Below are positions 26,098-32,000 of a stretch of DNA of 32,000 bases, in pieces. Numbering within the stretch: position 1 is the first letter of the stretch; every line of letters starts with the position of its first letter. The stretch spans positions 2,940,001-2,972,000 of the forward strand of contig NZ_RSDW01000001.1 in NCBI RefSeq assembly GCF_003945235.1, in the 5' to 3' direction. Origin of the DNA: Edaphobacter aggregans (lineage in GTDB: Bacteria; Acidobacteriota; Terriglobia; Terriglobales; Acidobacteriaceae). The notes under the pieces were generated by a model, which saw nothing but the letters and a program-made list of their open reading frames with translations, ran no database searches and was not told the origin of the DNA. The position numbers and the translations under genes are program-made.

Positions 26098-27842
26098 ACC
26101 TCCTCGTTCTTCTGGTCTCCTGCGCTATCTTTCTGCCGCTGGTCATCAGCCCGCCTCACCTGATGGACGACGTCGACGCGGTTCAGGCGCAGATCGCCCG
26201 CAACATGCTCGAGAGCGGCGACTGGGTGACTGCCCGGCTGGATGGCGTAGCCTATCTCGAAAAGTCGCCACTCATCTACTGGATCATGGCGTCGTCGTTC
26301 CGCGTCTTCGGCGTCCACGATTGGGCGGCTCGTCTTCCGCTCGCGCTTATCAACATCGCTCTGTGCTGGGTCACGGCACGCTTCGCCATGTGGGCCTTCG
26401 GCAGACGCGCTGGTATCTACGCGGGCACGGTTCTTGCGACCTGCATCGGCATGTTTCTGTTCACTCGAATCCTGATTCCCGACGCAGCCCTGACCCTGAC
26501 CATCACCGTCGCGCTGTGGTCATTGTTGCGCCTGATGGACGAGTCAGAACCCCGACCGACTCTCTGGTTCTTCCTGCTTTACACGAGCCTCGCCTGCGGC
26601 CTTCTGCTCAAGGGCCTGATCGCGGCCGTCTTTCCGGTCATCATCGGTGCCATCTATCTCGCCATTACTCGCGAAGCCTCCGTGAAGACGATCTGGAAGC
26701 ACCTGAGACCTGTCTCCGGAATTTTCCTGCTCCTACTCATCGCCGCCCCGTGGCACATTCTCGCGACGCTCCGCAATCCGCCGTACTTCGACTGGACGAT
26801 GCACAGCAGCCCCGGCGAATACCACGGCTTCTTCTGGTTCTACTTCCTCAACGAACACCTCTTCCGCTTTCTGAACATGCGCTATCCGCGCGATTACAAC
26901 ACCGTCCCACGACTCTGGTTCTGGCTGCTTCACTTCGTATGGCTCTTCCCCTGGAGCGCGACCCTGATCGCAGCGTTCAGACAAAGCTACCGGCCCATCA
27001 GCCGCGAAGGAAGAGTCCGCTTACTGGCCCTGATATGGATCACCTTCGTTCTGGTGTTCTTCAGCCTGTCGACAACCCAGGAATACTACTCGCTGCCCAT
27101 CTACCCTGCGCTTGCCATGCTGCTGGCCAGCGACCTCATCACGCGCGCCCGCTATCCTCGCGCCGCACGCATCGTGCTCGCCTCCATCCTCAGCCTCTGC
27201 CTTGCTGCTATCCTCTTCCTTCTCGTAAGCAACGTAAAGTATCCGACCCCCGGGGACATCTCCTCCGCGCTCACACAAAATCCCGACATGTACACACTCT
27301 CGCTCGGGCACATGAGCGATCTCACGCTGCGAGCCTTTGCCTATCTGCGCCTACCCCTTGCTCTCGCAGGATTCGCCCTGTTGCTAGGAGTCATTGGACT
27401 CGCCCGCACACGCAGGACTGCAACAACCGTCGCGGTCCTTGCCGTGATGATGGTCGTCTTCATCCAAGCGGCTCGCCAGGCACTAATCACCTTCGATCCC
27501 TATCTCAGTTCGAAGCCGCTGGCCGACGCGCTCACCCACTCCGAACCCGGAACGTTGATTGAAGGCGACGCTTACTACGCCTTCTCCTCTGTGTTTTTCT
27601 ATACCAACAAGACGGCGCTCCTATGGAACGGAAGGAGTAACAATCTCGAATACGGCTCCTACGCTCCCAACGCGGCGAAGGTCTTCATCGATGACGAGTC
27701 GCTGAAGGCGCTGTGGTTTGGCGCTCAACGGACCTACCTTCTCGTCTACGGCTCCGACATGCCTCATCTCGAAGAACTCCTGAACAAGAACTTCCGCATA
27801 GTGAAATCCAGTGGCGGCAACTATCTGCTGACGAACCGTTGA
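26046..27842 (+). CDS. GT-C fold glycosyltransferase, family 39 / ArnT-PMT_2-like (polyprenyl-phosphate-sugar dependent)
   Basis: The protein is multi-spanning. The first loop is PPHLMDDVDAVQAQIARNMLESGDWVTARLDGVAYLEKSPLIYWIMA, combining an acidic DD motif with the KPPL.YW-like motif of ArnT/PMT enzymes. More than 10 predicted TM helices follow, then a soluble C-terminal domain. Start candidates are 26034 and 26046, and the track ORF starts at 25998. All of them overlap the 3' end of asnB. Confidence 0.8.
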   Translation: MRTGHSSPRGFLHRFRVDLLVLLVSCAIFLPLVISPPHLMDDVDAVQAQIARNMLESGDWVTARLDGVAYLEKSPLIYWIMASSFRVFGVHDWAARLPLALINIALCWVTARFAMWAFGRRAGIYAGTVLATCIGMFLFTRILIPDAALTLTITVALWSLLRLMDESEPRPTLWFFLLYTSLACGLLLKGLIAAVFPVIIGAIYLAITREASVKTIWKHLRPVSGIFLLLLIAAPWHILATLRNPPYFDWTMHSSPGEYHGFFWFYFLNEHLFRFLNMRYPRDYNTVPRLWFWLLHFVWLFPWSATLIAAFRQSYRPISREGRVRLLALIWITFVLVFFSLSTTQEYYSLPIYPALAMLLASDLITRARYPRAARIVLASILSLCLAAILFLLVSNVKYPTPGDISSALTQNPDMYTLSLGHMSDLTLRAFAYLRLPLALAGFALLLGVIGLARTRRTATTVAVLAVMMVVFIQAARQALITFDPYLSSKPLADALTHSEPGTLIEGDAYYAFSSVFFYTNKTALLWNGRSNNLEYGSYAPNAAKVFIDDESLKALWFGAQRTYLLVYGSDMPHLEELLNKNFRIVKSSGGNYLLTNR

Positions 27843-27928
27843 GCCTTGGCCGCTGCACGCAACGCGGAAATCCAAATAGACTCTTGGTGTGCAGTAAGGT
27901 TCGTTACGGCTAACCAGGATATTTGCGG

Positions 27929-30328
27929 ATGAAGCGTCTCGTATTTGCAGTCTCTGTCGGACTCTATGCTCTGACTTCCGCGGTCTTTGTGGCGGGACAG
28001 GATTCAGAACGAACTCCCGCCAACTGGCCCATGATCGGCGGCAACTCCGGCAACTCGCACTATTCAAATCTCAAGCAGATCAACCGTTCCAACGTTGCCA
28101 GGCTCGAAGTCGCATGGAAGTTTGACACTGGTGAAGAGGGCGGACTCGAGACGACGCCACTCATTATCGATGGTGTCCTCTACGGCATTACTCCTCGGCA
28201 AGAGATCATTGCCCTTGATGGCGCGAGCGGAAAACTTCTCTGGAAGTTCAGCTCCGGGATCAATGGGACCGGCCCCGACCGCGGACTGACGTATTGGACC
28301 GACGGTAAAGAGAAACGCCTTCTCGCCGGAGTGATGAACTTCGTCTACGCCCTCGATCCGGCGACCGGCAAAGTCATCACGACCTTCGGCAAGAACGGAA
28401 GGATCGACCTGCGCGAAGACTTGGGCCGCGATCCAGCTGTTCAATCCGTCGCGCTCACAAGCCCCGGAGTGTTGTACAAGGATCTCCTTATCGTCGGCGG
28501 ACGCAATCCCGAAACCCTCCCCGCACCGCCCGGCGACATCCGCGCCTACGACGTCCGCACCGGCGCTCTCCGCTGGTCGTTTCACACCATTCCCCACCCC
28601 GGCGAGTTCGGCTACGACACGTGGCCCAAAGATGCCTGGAAGACCAGCGGCGCAGCCAACAACTGGGCCGGCATGGCGGTCGATCAGCAACGCGGCATCG
28701 TCTTTGTTCCCACCGGCTCCGCGGCACCCGATTTCTACGGCGCTACGAGAGTCGGCGACGACCTGTTCGCCGATTCGCTGATCGCCCTCGACGCAACAAC
28801 CGGAAAGCGGCTCTGGCACTTTCAAGGCGTGCATCACGACATCTGGGACAGAGATTTTCCCGCCGCTCCCATCCTCGTCTCCGTCCGTCGCAACGGAAAA
28901 GAGATCCCTGCCGTAGCTCAAACTACAAAGCAGGGAGACCTTTATGTCTTCAACCGCGTCACCGGCGATCCGCTCTTCCCCATCGAAGACCGCTCGTACC
29001 CAGGCAGCACGACGCCCGGAGAGGTAGCCGCAACGCATCAGTCTCATCCTCTCAAGCCCGAGCCCTTCGCGCGCCAAACTCTCACCGAAGACACCCTTAC
29101 AACACGCACACCCGAAGCGCACGAGTGGGCCGTCAAGCGCTTCCATGAGATGCGCAACGACGGTCAGTTCGTTCCGCTCAGCGTTGGCAAAGATACGCTC
29201 GTCTCACCTAGCTTTGAAGGCGGCGGAGAATGGGGCGGCCCCGCAGTCGATCCCGCGACGCACATCCTCTACATCAACGCGAACAACTACGCCTCCATCG
29301 GTGCGCTCGCGGTCCATAGTGGAGACTCGCCAGGCCGCACAACGTACCTCGCCCAATGCAGCATCTGCCACGGCGAACATCGCGCCGGCACAACTGAGTT
29401 TCCTTCGCTGCTGAACATCACCCATAAGCTCACCACCGAACAGATCACAGCCGTCATCCACGATGGCAAGGGGCGCATGCCAGCCTCGCCCAACCTCCAA
29501 GGCGCAAAGCTCAACGCCCTGCTCGAATATCTCCAGACGGAGAAAGATCTCGCGCCTACTAACGCCAGCGAAGAACAAGCCGCCTCAGCCAAAGCATCTT
29601 CTCCTTCACCTGAAAGCAGCGCTGCACTTATGCCGGGAGCGCATATCTATGAGGCCAACTGCGCGATCTGCCACGGCGACAACCGCGAAGGCATCGCACC
29701 CTCATTCCCAGCGCTGATAGGCGTAGGAGACCGATACACCGACGCACAGATTCTCGCACTGATTCACAACGGCAAAGGACGCATGCCGCCCATGACCAAG
29801 CTCTCACAACATGACCTCGATGACCTGATGCGCTTTCTCCGCCCACTCAACGCGGAAGCAAAGACGACCGACGAAACAGATCCATCCGCAGCGCAATACT
29901 CGATGACCGGCTACCGCAGATTTCTGGATCCCGATGGCTACCCAGCCGTCGCAACTCCATGGGGCACGCTGAACGCACTCGACCTGAATACCGGCAAATA
30001 TCTATGGCGCATCGCCTTGGGCCAGTACCCGGAGCTGGTCGCAAAAGGCATGCCCGACACTGGCAGCGAGAACTACGGTGGTCCCATCGTCACAGCAGGG
30101 GGCCTGCTCTTCATCGGCGCCACCAACTTCGACAAGAAATTCCGAGCCTTCGACAAAACTACCGGCAAGCTGTTATGGGAGACCACCCTCCCCTTCGCGG
30201 CCAACGCAACCCCAGCCACCTACGAGGTCAACGGCCGCCAGTACGTCGTCATCGCAACTGGTGGCAGCACGATGAACCCAAGAGGCCCCATCGGCGGAGT
30301 CTATGTCGCCTTCGCTCTCCCACAGTGA
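27929..30328 (+). CDS. PQQ-dependent dehydrogenase (glucose/quinate-type beta-propeller) carrying two internal c-type cytochrome domains
   Basis: The signal peptide is MKRLVFAVSVGLYALTSAVFVAGQ. Propeller motifs are NWPMIGGNSGNSHYS, LEVAWKF, ETTPLIIDGVLYG, NWAGMAVD and GGEWGGPAVDP. There are two CxxCH haem sites, CSICH at 29357-29371 and CAICH at 29660-29674, each followed by GKGRMP. The propeller resumes with PWGTLNALDLNTGKYLWRIALG...RAFDKTTGKLLWETTLP. ATG 27929 is preferred to the TTG at 27923. Confidence 0.85.
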   Translation: MKRLVFAVSVGLYALTSAVFVAGQDSERTPANWPMIGGNSGNSHYSNLKQINRSNVARLEVAWKFDTGEEGGLETTPLIIDGVLYGITPRQEIIALDGASGKLLWKFSSGINGTGPDRGLTYWTDGKEKRLLAGVMNFVYALDPATGKVITTFGKNGRIDLREDLGRDPAVQSVALTSPGVLYKDLLIVGGRNPETLPAPPGDIRAYDVRTGALRWSFHTIPHPGEFGYDTWPKDAWKTSGAANNWAGMAVDQQRGIVFVPTGSAAPDFYGATRVGDDLFADSLIALDATTGKRLWHFQGVHHDIWDRDFPAAPILVSVRRNGKEIPAVAQTTKQGDLYVFNRVTGDPLFPIEDRSYPGSTTPGEVAATHQSHPLKPEPFARQTLTEDTLTTRTPEAHEWAVKRFHEMRNDGQFVPLSVGKDTLVSPSFEGGGEWGGPAVDPATHILYINANNYASIGALAVHSGDSPGRTTYLAQCSICHGEHRAGTTEFPSLLNITHKLTTEQITAVIHDGKGRMPASPNLQGAKLNALLEYLQTEKDLAPTNASEEQAASAKASSPSPESSAALMPGAHIYEANCAICHGDNREGIAPSFPALIGVGDRYTDAQILALIHNGKGRMPPMTKLSQHDLDDLMRFLRPLNAEAKTTDETDPSAAQYSMTGYRRFLDPDGYPAVATPWGTLNALDLNTGKYLWRIALGQYPELVAKGMPDTGSENYGGPIVTAGGLLFIGATNFDKKFRAFDKTTGKLLWETTLPFAANATPATYEVNGRQYVVIATGGSTMNPRGPIGGVYVAFALPQ

Positions 30329-30343
30329 GCAGTCGGTCAAAAC

Positions 30344-31957
30344 CTAGGCACCTGCCGCCACCACCTCAAACGGCCGCATCATCTCGTTGTCCTCGTGCTC
30401 CAGAAGGTGGCAGTGCCACACGTATCGCCCCGTGTAACCTTCAAACGGCACAATAATTCGCGTCACCTGGCCCTTATCGCAACGCACCGTGTCCTTCCAC
30501 CCCGCCTCTTCGGGAGCGGCTGGTGTCGCAGCCCCGCTATAACGCAGCTCGCCTGTATCTTGAAACTGAAACACATCAAAGCTCCGCCGATCCAGCAGCT
30601 GAAACTTCACCAGGTGCAGATGGATCGGATGCGAATCTTCCGTCAGATTCACAAGCTCCCATATCTCCGTCGTGTCGATCACCGGCTTCTCTGTCACCGG
30701 CATATGCCACGGAGTATTGTTCAGCATCATCCCCATCGACTGCTGCACCTTATCCATCGTCTCGTCCAGCGTCAACCGCCGCGTCTTCACCGCCCTGCTC
30801 TCTGGAATCCGCTCTATCGTCCGCAGCACCGGTGGCAACGAGCTGGTATCCCCCGACCCCGACGCCGCCACGCGGAACTGCATGATGTCGAAGCTGTCGC
30901 TCTTCAGCACAATCTTCTCCCCGGCATGCGCGCTGAAGTCGAACACGATATCCGCCCGCTCTGCCGGAGCCACCAGCGCCCGCTTCATCTTCACCGGAGC
31001 ACCCAGCAATCCCTGGTCGCCTCCAATCAGATGCATCTCCAACAGATTGCCAAACGAGAGCCGGAAGAACCGCGCATTCGACCCATTCATCACGCGAAAA
31101 CGATATTTCCGCGGCTCCACATCCAGATAAGGCGAGAGCTTCCCATTGGCCAGCATTACATTGCTGTACACCTCCGGCACCCACGGCGACTTTGGATCTC
31201 CCGACACCGGATACTCCAGCTGCCCGTCTGACCGTAGAAATCGGTCGAACAGCATCAGTGGAACCTCATACTTCCCTTTCGGCAGATTCAGCTTGTCTTC
31301 CGTCTCATCGCGAACCACAAACAGCCCTTGCAGTCCCGCATAGATGTTCAGCCGATTAATCCCCATCGTATGGTCGTGATAAAACAGCAGCGCACCATCC
31401 TGCTTGTTCGGATAGTGATACACAAGCGACTTCCCCGGCACCACCCAGTCTTCCGGATACCCATCACTCGCTGCCGGCGTCCGCCCCCCATGGACATGAA
31501 CCACGCAGCGAACCTCAGGCTTGTCCGGCTCGGCGCCATGCAGCGTATGGTCAATCGGCAAAAAGTGCTTCACCGGAAGCTCATTCGCCCACTCCACCAC
31601 CAGGCCCTGCCCACTCTTCGTCTCAAATATCGGCCCGGGCGACGAGCCGTTGAACCCCCACATCCGCGTAGCAGGAAGATCACGATGCACCTTCTGATGA
31701 ATCTCCTGCATTGCTACCCGATAGAACGGAAGCTCTTTCTTCGCATCATCCGGATCCGGCCGCAATCCGCTGCTCTTCACCACCACAGGAATCGGCAGCG
31801 CATCCACATACGGCGTCAACTTATTCGGATCGAGTGCCATCGACGGGGGCACCATCCCGCTCGCTACCGCAGCCTTCTCAAATGACAACCCAGTCGCCAG
31901 AACTCCAGCGCGCCGCAAAAACCTTCTTCGAGAAATCAACCCGTTCGCCTCTCTCAT
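30344..31957 (-). CDS. Multicopper oxidase (CotA / bilirubin-oxidase-like), Tat-exported
   Basis: All four copper motifs are present: VHVHGG, FYHDHTMG, HPIHLHLV and WHCHLLEHEDNEMM. The Tat signal is ISRRRFLRRAGVLATGLS. The start is set at the second in-frame ATG (complement of 31955-31957, MREANGL...), whereas the track ORF starts at 31996. Confidence 0.88.
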   Translation of the reverse strand: MREANGLISRRRFLRRAGVLATGLSFEKAAVASGMVPPSMALDPNKLTPYVDALPIPVVVKSSGLRPDPDDAKKELPFYRVAMQEIHQKVHRDLPATRMWGFNGSSPGPIFETKSGQGLVVEWANELPVKHFLPIDHTLHGAEPDKPEVRCVVHVHGGRTPAASDGYPEDWVVPGKSLVYHYPNKQDGALLFYHDHTMGINRLNIYAGLQGLFVVRDETEDKLNLPKGKYEVPLMLFDRFLRSDGQLEYPVSGDPKSPWVPEVYSNVMLANGKLSPYLDVEPRKYRFRVMNGSNARFFRLSFGNLLEMHLIGGDQGLLGAPVKMKRALVAPAERADIVFDFSAHAGEKIVLKSDSFDIMQFRVAASGSGDTSSLPPVLRTIERIPESRAVKTRRLTLDETMDKVQQSMGMMLNNTPWHMPVTEKPVIDTTEIWELVNLTEDSHPIHLHLVKFQLLDRRSFDVFQFQDTGELRYSGAATPAAPEEAGWKDTVRCDKGQVTRIIVPFEGYTGRYVWHCHLLEHEDNEMMRPFEVVAAGA

Positions 31958-32000
31958 TACACACAAACAAAGGAACGAGGGGTGCGGAGACAACATCTCT

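Noticed and set aside
26321-27562. A 413-aa plus-strand ORF inside the GT39 gene in another frame. Similar long shadow ORFs occur at 28064-29146 (minus, 360 aa), 19977-20687 (minus), 6694-7581 (plus), 6947-7714 (minus), 15802-16434 (plus) and 30395-31231 (plus).
   Set aside because: All are Arg/Pro/His/Ser-rich, motif-free translations overlapping genes with strong family signatures. They are high-GC frame artefacts.
1-32000. Mobile elements, CRISPR arrays, tRNA/rRNA genes, toxin-antitoxin or phage-defence gene sets
   Set aside because: I found no transposase, integrase, recombinase, nuclease or helicase signatures. There are no regularly spaced direct repeats, no tRNA-like cloverleaf candidates in the short intergenic regions, and no flanking direct repeats around the inserted gene blocks.

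Overview
The window reads as ordinary chromosomal DNA from a high-GC Gram-negative. It is probably an Acidobacteriaceae-type acidobacterium. That placement is an inference from two CarboxypepD_reg-type TonB-dependent receptors, several Tat-exported hydrolases/oxidases and the overall composition; it is not a database result. Coding density is high and I can support 22 protein genes. In order they are: a partial TonB-dependent receptor (runs off the left edge, absent from the ORF track), obg, a small OM beta-barrel, nadD, a tight three-gene membrane module (75-aa membrane protein, SAM methyltransferase, 5-TM sulfatase-like transferase), rsfS with a Lys/Ala-rich tail, a second TonB-dependent receptor, rlmH, cobO, a secreted orphan, GH51 arabinofuranosidase, a second secreted orphan, an atypical TonB-C-domain protein, accD, Tat-exported phospholipase C, an LCM-family methyltransferase, an asnB-like amidotransferase overlapping a GT39/ArnT-like glycosyltransferase, a PQQ propeller with two internal haem-c domains, and a CotA-like multicopper oxidase. 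I found no rRNA, tRNA, CRISPR array, transposase/integrase, prophage or recognisable defence genes. Most long ORFs in the track that lie antisense or out of frame to these genes are high-GC artefacts. I see no compelling evidence for a wholly new system. The best candidates for uncharacterised biology are the three-gene module splitting nadD-rsfS, the PQQ enzyme with an inserted di-haem module, the long-N-terminus TonB-like protein, the H1-like tail on RsfS and the overlapping AsnB/GT39 pair. All of these rest on architecture and motifs read by eye and need HMM and comparative checks.
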